From positions 32,364,001 to 32,428,000 of the forward strand of contig OZ024745.1 in assembly GCA_964016885.1 (NCBI GenBank): a stretch of DNA of 64,000 bases, read 5' to 3'. Under the pieces are notes generated by a model. The model saw only the letters and a list, made by a program, of their open reading frames with translations. It was not told the origin of the DNA and did no database searches. Position 1 is the first letter of the stretch. Every line of letters starts with the position of its first letter. This DNA comes from Eledone cirrhosa (taxonomy: Eukaryota). Positions 37,042-50,240 of the stretch are shown here, piece after piece. Position numbers and translations under genes: made by a program.

Positions 37042-38514
37042 GGAGTAGATGAATGGCTTGTGAAAGCGGTACAAGCCATGTATAGGGGAGCAGTCAGCAA
37101 AGTTAGGATTGGCAATGAGTATAGCGAGGAATTTAGCGTACAGGTTGGGGTCCACCAGGGCTCTGTTCTTAGCCCTCTCCTGTTCATCATAGTCCTGCAG
37201 GCAATAACGGAGGAGTTTAAGACCGGATGCCCATGGGAACTCCTGTATGCTGATGACCTCGCACTCATAGCTGAATCTATGGTAGAACTAGAGAATAAAT
37301 TCCAAACCTGGAAGCAGGGACTAGAGAGAAAGGGCCTCAAAGTCAACATGACAAAGACTAAGGTCCTTATAAGTAGACGAGAAAACAGAACCCAGATCCC
37401 CTCAGGGAAATGGCCTTGCTCAGTATGTAGGAAAGGTGTAGGTAGGAACTCCATTCTCTGCCCCAAATGCAAACAATGGGTACACAAGAGATGTAGCGGG
37501 ATCTCAGGAAGCTTAATTAAGAATGTAGGATTCACATGCAGCAGCTGTGCTGAAACAGCAAGCAAACAGCCACAGGAAACAAGTACCACCAATCTCTGGG
37601 AGGGCCCTGTAGAAACAGTAGACAGCTTCTGCTACCTAGGTGACCGAATTAGCAACGGAGGTGGGTGCTCAGAAAGTACAATAACTAGGGTAAGAACGGG
37701 ATGGAAGAAGTTTAGGGAACTACTACCACTGCTAGCTGCAAAAGGCTTCTCCCTCAGAATGAAAGGCAGACTGTATGATGCGTGTATCCGAACAGCGATG
37801 TTGCATGGTAGTGAGACCTGGGCGCTGAAGGTGGAAGACTTACGTAGATTAGAGAGAAACGAAGCCTGCATGCTCCGATGGATGTGTAACAGTAATATAC
37901 GTGAACGACAAAGCATAAAGGAATTAAGAGAGAGACTGAGCATAAGAGGAATCAAATGCTGCGTGCAGGAGAGGCGGTTACGCTGGTATGGACATGTGAT
38001 GCGTATGAAGGATGACAGCTGCATAAAAAGGTGCAGAGCACTAGAAGTTGATGGAAACCGCGGAGTGGGGAGACCCAAGATGACTTGGGATGAGGTGATA
38101 AAAGCTGACCTTACCCAACTACACCTCTCAAAGTCAATGACACACGACCGTGACTTCTGGCATCACGCAGTAATACAGGGTACCCGACCTCCCATGGGTA
38201 CATGCTGAAGCATATAAACAATATGCCCCCACTCCCCCCACCGCAAGTTGGTCGTGGAGGTGCCACGGCAAAAAAGCACCCAGCCCACACTGTAAAGTGG
38301 ACGTGTAGGCGCCACGAAAAAGCACCCAGCACTCACTGTAAATGAGGTTGGTGTTAGGAAGGGCATCCAGCTGTAGAAATCAAGCCAGATCAGTTCCTGT
38401 ATGAGCAAGGCATGGTCAGCTGACCAGACACTGCCCACAACAGGACAACCCGTCTAACCCATGCTAGCGTGGAAGAACGGACGTAAAACGGTGATGATGA
38501 TGATGATGATGATG
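37042..38514 (+). mobile_element. 5'-truncated RTE LINE, second subfamily; open frame 37042-38208
   Basis: GVHQGSVLSP, YADD, PHD-like finger, FCYLG; 3' UTR and (GAT)n tail; C-terminus and 3' UTR diverge from the 23148-26018 copy. Confidence 0.96.
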
Positions 38515-38552
38515 ACACATTTCATGTGTATACATATATATACACATTTACA

Positions 38553-38594
<42 letters not shown>

Positions 38595-39684
38595 GAAACA
38601 TGATAAATTTAATGCTGTAACAATAAACCAATTTTTAGTTTCGCTTTGATTTTGTTAATTCCTTAATATTTGAAAAAGAAAATTAAATTTTATTTTTCAT
38701 CCTTGTACTTTGCTTGTTTGTTTATATAACAGAGATATTTAAATATAAATGGCAGCAAAATAACAGTTATTTTACTTAATATAATATATATTGTTCTTCA
38801 TTACCATATTTCTCATAAAAGACACTGCCTACGATTTTCAAATAATCAGAAATTTTGAAAGATTTAGTCATATAACTAACTTTCTTATCAATCTGGTGTT
38901 TGAAACATAACTTTATTTTTTTTAACATAAAATTATGATGGAATGCTTTTAGACAAATATAAACATTTTAAAGCTAATAGTTTATGTCATTGAACCAGGA
39001 GTAGTTTCAGACAGTTTGGTATCAAAAGTGTTAGCTCCAAGTCAACTTTGATTTGTTCTCATTAACTCCCACCTAATATGCTAATCTAGTCATATAAGCT
39101 TTCCACAATAGGAATGCTGTATTCAGTTTCCATTAACCCTTTCATGAATGTATTTCTAATGAAATACATTCTATTTTAATTAATTGATTAATTAATTAAT
39201 GGTTAATCCAGCCTTGCCTAAGCCCTGTCTACTATACAGAAGTAACAAACCATACTAATATTAATTTATATTTAAGATAAGAATATGAAGGTGTATAAAC
39301 ATTGATGGTGAATATAGAAAATTTACTGTTTGAAATAACCTCCGAGGAACTCCTATTAAAATTTTTTTTTAAATTCTTGATAAAACAGATAAAGCTAGAA
39401 AGCAGTTATGTTTACAATACATTTCTAAAACCATAAAAACCAGCACAAGAACTTATCATCCATACACTGAAAATGCATTGTGAAACCTTAGGTTTCATGG
39501 TCTGACAATCTTACTCAAAGACTATCGATATTTGTCAGTCATATCTTTAGAGGAATTTTTCATTCAACCCCCCCCCCCCCCCACACACACACATCTTATA
39601 TCTACATTTCTATGTTAGTGGGAGTAGGATAAATATTTGTGAACCTTGATATTTATTTAATGTTGGGAAAAACCTTTTCTTATG

Positions 39685-39896
39685 ATTTAAACTGGCTGTA
39701 TTCGGCCAGAATTCTCTCACCTCTTACTGTTCAAACCGACTGTAACTGGCCACTCATACTGACGTTAAGGCATTGTTCTCAAAATAAATAACATCAAAAT
39801 CTCATAGATTCGATATTATGTGAGATTATTATGTAAGATAAAGCCTTTACTACAAAAATACAATAGTATATATAGGGTAATGTAAATGCTAAAGGG
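39685..39896. mobile_element. piggyBac-like MITE, same family as 11194-11414
   Basis: Ends TAAATGCTAAAGGG followed by TTAA; internal sequence is shared. Confidence 0.82.
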
Positions 39897-42697
39897 TTAA
39901 TGCTAACCACTAAAACCATAAAAACCAGCACAGAACTTATCAACCTGCCAGATTGAAGCATGCAGAGTTGTGTTCCTAAGCTCAACATACTTTGGCCATA
40001 TTTACTACTTGCTCTTCAAAGGTTTTGAATATATTTGATATTATATTGAATAAACAGATATGCTTGATATCATCCATAAGGATGAAAGGTAAAGTTAACC
40101 TCAGCAGAATTTGAACTCAGATCGTAAAAGAGCATAACTCTATACCATAAAGCATATTGTCCAATGCTCTACCGATGCTGCCAATCCACCACCCTACTTT
40201 TTATCAAATATTGGTTTTTATTGGTACAAAACCACACATATTTTAGGAAGGTTACCATTGAGGTTACTTTTATCAAATATTACATGCAATTTCTTTGTCT
40301 TAGAAAACCATTTATTTACCTGTGGAATTCACTATTCTTTCATTTTTTTTTTTCGATAAAAAGTGTTCTATATATAATTCTAAAATCTACCATGTAGAGC
40401 ATTTGTAGGGATATATAAATGGTGCATACTTCCTAGATCTAGGAACTAACAGAAAACAGAAACCATACAAAAAAAATGGAGAAGAGGGTAGTATTGATTT
40501 CTTTTAATTAGGCTGTATTAAAAGTAACTCAAAGCACATCCTACAAGATCTTTAAAAAAATGGTGATTGATATTGTAATAGTCAGTTCTAGGAAAGAAAT
40601 AGCTCGAGATAGTGAGTCATAATTTATGTATTTGGAAGATCTTTTATGTTAAGACACAGAGAAATAAGATATAAGAAGATTTCTTTCCTTGAATAAAGTA
40701 ATATTTACATTTCTGTGACATTAAACATCATCAAAATGTCAGAACCCCTACTAGGGACTATGGTGAAGATGTTATTTAATGCCAGAAGTAAACGTCAGCT
40801 AAAAAAACTGATGTTAGTAGCAGTGGACAAGGTATTTGATTTAAAGGATGCCAGGAATGAAGATTTGTATCACCCTGAGTGAAAACTGTATGGGATGATG
40901 AGAATTGTTGGTATGTGTTGGTGGAAATGAGTTGAATGTTGTAGAAAAAGTGTTGGGAGATGAGAAGCATGATGAAGAGGGATGAAGGAAAAAATAAAGA
41001 TGATGATAGTATTGATTTTTATGTTAGTCTTGTTAGAATGAGAGAATCTTAATTCTCTGAGAGTTGCTATTTAGATAGCACAAATACATTTTTAAATTCC
41101 AATCCTCAAAATAATTGACTACATTTGGTTGGTACAACTTCTTTCTGCAACTATCTATGCTTTCTTGAGATTACTACATTCACGTTCAACTTTACATTAC
41201 AACAACTTAATCATTTTATAGCAGAAATACTGATGTTATAGTTTGGTTGTTGCTTCTTACTTGTTGGTTCTGATTCATATAAGCTGTTTATAACAGATTA
41301 AATGCCTAATCTCTGTTTGTTACATGCAAGCATAGCTATAATGAATTTATATTTGCTGCTCTTTAAAGTAACCTGCTGATTCAATATCTTAGATCTTAGT
41401 GAGTGCTGAGATCTGTGCCAGCCTAATGTGAGTTTTTATGAATTGACTTGTTGAAAAAAAAATGATGTGCATAACAAACAGAGATTTTCTATTATATATT
41501 TCTTCTAAGATGGTATTCCCACCTGCTGCTACAAATACCATTTCTACTTCCTTGACTTGATTATTTTCATAACCTTTAGTAACACCTCCTCTTATCCAAC
41601 TGTCTTCACCTTCACCTCTCTAACTCACTCTTACAATGATAAATATGAGTGGCTGTCATTGATTGATCAATCCTCGTCCTTGTATGCTGGAACTTCAAAA
41701 GTTTGTTGCAGCTAGCTTTACTGCATGCAACTAATACAGAATACAGATGTTTTAAAAAAAACGTTGCTTTATATTTCAAATGTAAAATATATGACAACTA
41801 TATATATATATATATATATAGTCTAATAATAAAATTATGGAGTAAACAGTTTAAAGAACAAGCATAACAAAAACAAAAAAGAAGCGAATATAGTTTTTGC
41901 CTGTGGACCTATAGAAAGAAAGAAAGACCTTTAATTTTACTGACATATGCTTGGGGAAATGTCTTCGGATACAACATAGTTCTGATATCCCCTGCAGCAG
42001 TAAATTGTTGTTAATAAATCTAGGAATGGAATGTTATATAGAAATGACTAATAAATGCTTTCTCTTCTTTCTTTCTTTTTTTTTTTGTCTTTGAATTATG
42101 TCTTATTTTCTCTATACCCTCCTCCTTTCTTTTGTTCTTCAATCATATATGATCTAAACACACACGATTGTTGTTGCTGTTTTTATATATTATCCATATA
42201 TAATCAATTCAAGCATAAACACCATGCCAAACGTTATAACAGAATTGCTTCTAAAATACCATTCTTCTCTGGTCCTGTTGTAGTCACTGATACATTTCAA
42301 CAAGATTTTTTTAAATACATTGAACAAATTTTGATTATTTGATTTTTTTGTTTATATTTTTCGTAGTTCTTGCTGTGTCTTTCATTATACAACCAAGAAT
42401 TCTGAATGAAAGCACAAAAACATTACTGCACATGGCATGTTTACTACTCAGTGAAGGTTACTCTTTATACATACAGACATAAACAACACACACATACACA
42501 CAACAGATATATATATCATCATCATTACTGTTTAACGTCTATTTTCCATGGTAGCATGAATTAGATGGGTTGTCCCATTGTGAGACAAGTCAGATCAGAT
42601 GACCATGTCTTGCTCACACACAGCCATTTCTGGCTTTGATTCTACAGCTGGATGTCCTTCCTAATGACAACCACATTTACAGCGTGGACTGGGTGCC

Positions 42698-42735
<38 letters not shown>

Positions 42736-43028
42736 AATGACGCTATCGGAAGAAGGATCTGAACAGCCCCAGCCGGTCCATTATTCACTCAATGAGATAC
42801 AAGATTTGAATATGAGAATGTACTAATCTATAGATCAGACTGCTCAATATATACGTTATTATAAATTTCTGAACTATGGAAAGCTTCTGATCAGACAGTT
42901 ACAGCTGCACCTATTATTTACAGTGACTGTGGTGTATTCTATGCAGATATTCCATAACACTTCATCAGCAGGTAAATTCCAACATTACAATAGAAAGCTT
43001 GTTTATGGCTATTTTATAGCAACTCCAA

Positions 43029-43077
<49 letters not shown>

Positions 43078-43300
43078 TCAATGAAAAATATGTGAAGGCC
43101 ATATTCCAATAACTTCTTTTATTATTGCATAATACATATTCCTGTGGCTAATTGATAACCTCATCAGACATTGACACAATTCAATCGGTGATGTCATCAG
43201 ATGACATGAACATAATAGATTTAGTTAAGTAATCATACCTGAGGTACAACAAAAATAAGAAAAACAAAGAAATAATGATATGGAAGCAGCCAAATTAGTG

Positions 43301-43747
43301 ACTAGACCTGAAAAATGCGCAAGCTCAAAAGAGCCACAGAATGTTATAATAAACCTTCAAAAGTGTGGGACTAGAGTTGTTACTCAAAAATATTGTAATC
43401 ATTATCTATCGTACACTCTGTGGCATCCTTTTATAAAAAAGAGACTCATAACGAACTCAAGACGACACAATAATTATTTAAGCTAATGTTCAATATCTCA
43501 TATTAGATGTTTAGTAATGATTAATATGAAATGCACTTAAACCGAATTCTATATTATAAATTCACTTAAATAATTATCGTGTCGTCTTGAGTTCGTTATG
43601 AGTCTCTTTTTTTATAAAAGGATGCCACAGAGTGTACGATAGATAATGATTACAATATTTTTGAGCAACAACTCTAGTCCCACACTTTTGATGGTTTATT
43701 ATAACATTCTGTGGCTCTTTTGAGCTTGCGCATTTTTCAGGTCTAGT
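43301..43747. mobile_element. Fold-back/MITE-like element with ~182-bp inverted arms and an 82-bp AT-rich spacer
   Basis: 43301-43482 is the reverse complement of 43565-43747 with few differences; termini ACTAGACC...GGTCTAGT; no TSD seen. Confidence 0.85.
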
Positions 43748-44199
43748 TTAATATTTGTTTAAGGCAACGCTTGTAATAACTCTAGTTAAACATGATATAT
43801 ATTAATAATAAATTATCGTTGTAATGTAATTAGATTATATAATTGTTATTTTATAAATGATCTTATAAATATTATTGTAAGATGTATAAAAATATTTTCA
43901 GACTTTTAATATAAACAACTACAAAAAACAATCAATATTAAATAAATATATTTTACATAATAATTGTTATAGTTGAATTAATAAAAATTAAATATTACAT
44001 ACAAATAGTCTAACATAATAATAAAAAAATAATCTAACATAATAATAATAAAATAATCTAATACAAAACGAACAATAATATGGACAAATATACAAGTAAA
44101 TATGATACAACCAATATTATAAGCATGTTATAACGAACTGAAAGAATCATATATAAATTAAATATATTACTTACCAAAACGAGAAAAATATTTTGATGA

Positions 44200-44620
44200 T
44201 AAACGACGAAATACAGGAGGAAGATTCGAAAGCGAAACGATAAATAAACATGCAAACAAAGTGGCAGATGCTTTTGAGCAACAATTACCCTCATTGGTTG
44301 ATTAGCCAATAAGACGATGAAATTAGCCAATAAGATGATACATTACAAAAGATGTTTGGCAGGGCTCACCACGGCCAGTGAAACCCCTTGAACTTTTTAT
44401 TCACAAGCTACGCATATATGTCAGACACGCAGACTTAAAACATTCTGTTGTTAGTGTCTAACAGATGTTACCACCAAGACAATCCACCTTCGCTAGCAGA
44501 TTACCATGGTAACTGATTGACCCATACTGCTATAAAACAACAACTGACCATCACAAATATACACTAGACCTTGTGGTACAACCAACGTCCCCCACTAGAC
44601 TATTTCTACTAGCTTAAATA
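44200..44620. promoter_or_regulatory. Candidate (bidirectional) promoter
   Basis: Unique sequence that appears to retain CpG; ATTGG at 44293 and CCAAT at 44306 and 44327; RFX X-box-like ATTACCATGGTAAC at 44500-44513. Confidence 0.5.
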
Positions 44621-44742
44621 ATTCAGCAGCTGAATTAATTGATTCTCAATTGTACTTTCAGTTTATATTTTACTTTTTCATAATTTTTTTTTTTTTTTAT
44701 ATATGTAAATTCTTACGCACACACACACACACATATATACAC

Positions 44743-44809
<67 letters not shown>

Positions 44810-46399
44810 AATTCTGACTCTGCATCCAACCACAAATGGCCATTGTTGTATTGGAATGTCAGGCAAGAAACCATATTTCTCTTAACCTATAATCTTTACC
44901 GATTTTCTTTCATGCTCCCCTCTCTTCCTTCCTTTCTTCCTTACTCTTCTTTAGTCTTATTTATTTCTTCATTTTCCTGCTATATTCTTCTCATGGTTTG
45001 GGGAGATTGTTGTTATACTGAGCAGCATATTGATTCAAAAATCACATCTGTTTTATATCGATCTGATGACATTACACAATTCTTTCAATTCAACTATAAA
45101 TAGTTATATAATTTCCAGTGTGTAAACACTACAACTGTGAGTAGGATTGTTACGGAAACGAATCATCATCATCGTTGTTGTCATCATCATGATCATCATT
45201 TAACGTTTGTCCCTCCTGCTAGCAATGATTGAACAGGCTATCACAAACCAAGTCAGTACTTAATCAGAGCTACTAACCTTTCAGAGAGGTTTGGGGGGAT
45301 AGGCATATCACACTTATATACATCCCTACACTCTCTCTCTCTCTCTCTACAGAATGTCCCAGGTACAGCCTTATGGTACAAGCACTAGAGCGGTTGTCAT
45401 GTCTCTGACACAATTGAAGAATCCCCTTGACCATTTTATTTGGCAAGTTTTCTATGGCTGGATGCCCATCCTATGACCAACCACTTTTCCGAGTGTACTG
45501 GGCATGTTTCATCAAGTCACCAGCACTAGAGAGTTCATGTTCTTGGTGCAACTTAAGAGACCTTCGGCCCATTGTTTGGCTTGGTTTCTATAACTAGATC
45601 CCTTTCCTACAGTATAGAAGGTGCATTTTTCATGGCACCAGCATTAGGGAGGTTTCCCTGTCAAGATTGAAGTGTCCTCTTAACCTAGCATTTGGGAGAT
45701 TGTTAGTCATTAACTCAACTGAAGATCTCTCCCCTACACTATGGGGGAAGGAGAGACAGGCTGTACACCATAAGAAAAGGGTAGTGGGTGGGAATGATAA
45801 GTATAATTTGATGGGTGTGGTGCTAAAGAAAGGGTGAATGATAGGTGTGGTAGGATTTGTCATGGTGATGAAAGAGAAAATTGAGGCTACAGTGGTGATG
45901 CAGAACAACTACTAAAGAATTGATAGGAGTAGGCGAAGAGAAAAAATGAGAGCATGGATAAAGTGGCTTTGTGGGGTGGGTAGTAATGGCCACAGTATGT
46001 TGTTCATTGAGGGGGGATGTTGAGAAAGTGAGGCCTTGAAAAGATGGAAAGTGATGATTGGAATCCCATGGCGTGGGAGGAAGGTAATAATATCTGCAGA
46101 TACATACAGGTGGTAATATAATTTTAGCTAGTTTTAATGATGGTGTTGGTAGTCATGGTTGTGATTCTATTATATTGTGGTATATTGTTGGTGACTTTGT
46201 TGGTTAGCTTTTTCTATGTATTGTTCAGCTTCATTGCTGCATTTTAATGAGGTCACCCTAGACTGTTGAGGAAATATATATAAATTTAACCACAAATGAA
46301 AAGGATATATAAAACTAAAAGAAAAATCATTTGCTGAAAAGTGAGAAATTATCAAGTCAGGTCTCTCTTCTACAGAAAACTGCATGCATTCATTTCAAA

Positions 46400-48250
46400 T
46401 AAGATGGTATAAACGAATTGATTATGTGGAAGTACATCAAAAGGAAAACTAAACTGTGGGCCATGTGTGTTTCTTTTACAACCCAAATCAGGTCAGTCTT
46501 GGACTGAATGCAATTAAAATAATTTTAAACATATTCTGAATGACTAGAAATATCATTCTAGATCTTTGAGTCATTTAAATAATTTCAACTGTTTAAAAAC
46601 ATTTCTAATTATTTTCACATAGCAACTGCTTTTAGCGAATCTGCCTTAAAATGAAGGAACATAAACTATTCAAAAGAATTACACAATATTTAAAGTATTT
46701 AGGAAATGCTGCATTTGTAACTTTAGAAACAAGAACTGGCATTGCCGGAACATAATGAAGATAACCTAAGAAATATTGCATTGCTAAATAGATAGCATCT
46801 TTGCACCAAGACTTTCTCCTAAAGAAGGATCAAAATATTTTCAGGAATTTCGAGTACAATCCCAAACAAGATTATATGTACAATTGATAACGTAATTGCT
46901 GATGTAATTCGAAATGAAGTTGGAAGTGCTGCTTTTATATCAGTGCAAGCAGTCAAAGCTACTGACTGTGCAGTGCTTACTCAGCTCTCTCTATTATTGT
47001 CAAGGTATGTAACTAGATGCAAAATAAATTTAAAAATTTTCAGGATTTTATGATGTAATTAAAGATTACAAGGCTAGCTGATGTAATAGAAAATGTCTTA
47101 AATTCCTTCAATGAAGCTAACATTATTAAATTCGTTAGCCTATGATAGGGCAGTTGTGATGGAAGTTGAAAGAAATGTGGTGCAAGCAACATTGAAGGGG
47201 AAAGGGTTTATATATATCAATCTCATTCATTGTTATATACGTAAACTTAATTTAGTTTAAATAGAAGAGTGGAGAATTAATGGAATTGAAATATATATAT
47301 ATATATAATATAATATATATAATATATATTGTTTTTTTTTGTTGTTTTTATGCAACTTTAATATCACTGTGTTGCACAAGACAGTGTTATGTATGTAGAA
47401 TTATGTTAGCCATAAAAGGGTTGTGTAGAAACTTGAAAAATCTATTTCAAAATATTTTTGACAATCATGAAAGCTGGAATGAAGATACACCTAGTGCATC
47501 TGATAATCTATCAACTAAATTTAATGACTCCTTCTTCAGGTTTCTCATAAACTGTTTTCATACAATACTGTCACTATCTCTCCAATATTCTGCAACATAA
47601 GCAGCTCAAGATAAAATAAATGGCTTTATTAAATATGTTGAAATGTATTGTAATGATAAACATTATAGAAACATTGTCCCCCCAAAAAGATGACAAGCAT
47701 AGAACTACTAGAAGAATTAAAACTATGCTCCCCACCTCCTCTACACACACACACACAAAATGAACCAGAGAGAGTGAAGGAACTATTAAGCAAAATATTG
47801 AAACACTTCAAAACATTTCATTATCATTGAAGGTGGGATTTGCTTATATTGAAGAATTATAATTATCAATTATTTGATGTGAAGATTGAAGTGTTTGTTA
47901 ATACATTCCTTATGCAAATATCTTCATATTTTTGAATCCTTAGTAAATGATATTTATACAATGACTTCAAAAAGTTTAAGTCAAGTAATACCATTTTAAA
48001 ATTATTTCACGAACTGGGTTTCTTGTCTGTTATACCTGAAACTGTTAGACTAATTCAACTTTTCCTGACCATCCCTACAATAAAAGACTCTTCTCAACCT
48101 TAGATAGAAAGCCATCATTCTTAAGATGGACAATAACTCAAAGATGGTTGTCTCTGATGCCTCATATTTCCATTGAGTAACAGATACATGTTGATTTAGA
48201 ATGACAAACTAAATTACACAAGATAAAAGAGGGTTTTGCCAGAAACCCAC
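46400..48250 (+). pseudogene. Decayed hAT transposase (ZMYM1/DUF4371-like, with hATC C-terminus)
   Basis: Fragments QELALPEHNE, IFSGISSTIPN, AFISVQAVKATDCAVLTQLSL, YDRAVVM, IHCYIRKLNLV, PETVRLIQLFLTIPT, FSTLDR..LR match family motifs in order; many stops and frameshifts. Confidence 0.85.
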
Positions 48251-48553
48251 TTTAAATTTATGTTTAAATACAGTGTTTATTATAAAAATTACACATTTTT
48301 ACTATTATATATATATAGGTACACACACACACACACATAAATATGTAAAGATGTGTGGGTATTATGACAAAAAGCACCCAGCACACACTGTAAATGTGGT
48401 TGGCATTACGAAGGGCATCCAACCATAGAAACCAAGCCAGAAACAGTTCTATATGAGCAAGACATGATTACCTGACTTGACTTGCCTCTAATGGGACAAC
48501 CCATCTAACCCATGCTAGTGTGGAAAATAGATGTTAAACAATGATGATGATGG

Positions 48554-48600
<47 letters not shown>

Positions 48601-49619
48601 ATGTATGAAAACTAAAAACTCCATTAATATAGTGAAAATAAATTCTTTAAATAGAATAACTGTACTTATTAAAGGAAGTGGTATTAAGTACTTTCAATAG
48701 CTTTTGTCTACTTTGAAAAACAAGCTTCTTCTTTCCACTTGGTCCTTTCTTTCTGCAGATATCCTTTATTATTTATAGCTTCTTTGATATTTTCTATTGT
48801 TGCATGCACACACAGTCAGGTGTACACTCAAACATATACTCACACATGGATATGCACACTCACATATTCAGGTATATACTCATAGACACATACACATGGA
48901 TACACATTCGTGAACATGTATAGAAAATACAATCAAACACACACATGCTCTCTTACACAAGTATGCACTCAGGTATTCACTCATATGATTTGAATTGCTG
49001 CTCCTGCCATCACATGACCACATGACCATGTGACTGTGCTGGTAATAAATTTCTTATTTTTCTTCTTCTTACTGCTGATGGTGATAGTGATGATGGATCA
49101 TTTAGGGGAGAGGGAGGTTCGCAATCACTGTTGACATCACCAACACATTTATAACTACCACCATCGTTATTATTACTCTCTATCATCATCATTTATACTA
49201 CCACCACCACCATAATTATTATTGCCACCAATTTACCGTAACTACTTTTACCACCACCATCCCTTCATCATTTCTACCACTACTACTACTCCACCACAAT
49301 TATTACTACCCTCAACTTACTGCCATTACCATGAACACCATCGTAAAAACTATCACCACCATCGCTATCATCAATTTCCTCCATTTTAAGTTCTTATCAT
49401 TGAAGCCTTCTTCCATTCTTTCTTCATTCAGCTAGTATACCACGTCTTTTCTTCCTCATTCTTCCTCATTCTATGTGAAGGTGCATGAATTCCTGAGTTT
49501 TCCTTGACCTTCATATTCTTCAATCTGCGACCTTCTTTTTTTGCTGCTTCTTATCTCCTTTCTTCTTTGTTCTTGTATTGTTCCCAATGTCTTGGAACTT
49601 TATGGTTAATAAAAGAAGT

Positions 49620-49913
49620 CATTAATATTATTTGACTATTTATTACGACCAGCTTTGATGTTTCTTTAGGTCAGTTATTTTAGGGAATACCAGGCTACAA
49701 CTAGTAACCTAGGGTAACTTTTTCATATCATTCCTTGTCATGTTACTATTGCTGGTAGTCCAGAACCTTTCTCAATATTTGGGCTGTTTCCAGTAGGCAT
49801 GTCTTCTGGAATGGTTCAATCCCTGGTGGAAAGTCTATGTTTGACAGGTAGTTTTCAAGGTTATTTGTTACTATGCCAAAAGCCCCAATCATCACTGGAA
49901 CAATGGTGACCTG
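49620..49913 (-). mobile_element. R4/Dong-like (restriction-like endonuclease) LINE 3' end
   Basis: VTIVPVMIGAFGIVTNNLENYL...FQKTCLLETAQILRKVLDYQQ*, followed by a TAA-rich tail. Confidence 0.82.
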
Positions 49914-49924
49914 TCTTCACTTCA

Positions 49925-50080
49925 TTACATTATTATTATTTCCATTATTTTTATTGCACATTATTACTGCTTTACCGAGCACAGTTCTGTGTGCCTGGGT
50001 ATGTGCAGTGTAGGTTTTGTTGATGTTGTTTCTATTGTATTGATAGTACTTTTCGTAATATGTGTGCAGTGCCTATATTA
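49925..50080 (-). mobile_element. Second R4/Dong-like LINE 3' tip
   Basis: GTAHILRKVLSIQ* plus short UTR and (TAA)n tail. Confidence 0.75.
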
Positions 50081-50112
50081 TTAATATTCATATCATTATT
50101 ATTGTTTTACAG

Positions 50113-50240
50113 ATAACAAGTTAGAGGCTCTTGGTACTATGGCAGCTGTCAAACGAATAAAGGTTTATATTACAATTCTAAAGAGTGGATATTTAACAAA
50201 GGTGAACCAAGGAAATCTGAGTTCCTTAAACCTTATATCG
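50113..50240 (+). CDS. Exon of a PH-domain protein (N-terminal strand; possible start ATG at 50139)
   Basis: ttttacag acceptor, gtaagt donor; open frame NKLEALGTMAAVKRIKVYITILKSGYLTKVNQGNLSSLNLIS with PH beta-1 motif LKSGYLTK; ends in phase 0. Confidence 0.85.

Noticed and set aside
39425-39945. ~34-bp direct repeat (CTAAAACCATAAAAACCAGCAC) as a possible TSD or LTR
   Set aside because: The enclosed sequence is heterogeneous (microsatellite plus MITE) with no element hallmarks; likely a local duplication.
42733-43030. TA-bounded segment with CTGATGA on the - strand
   Set aside because: No GAAAC/GUH at a usable distance; probably a mobile-element fragment, but a ribozyme is not supportable.
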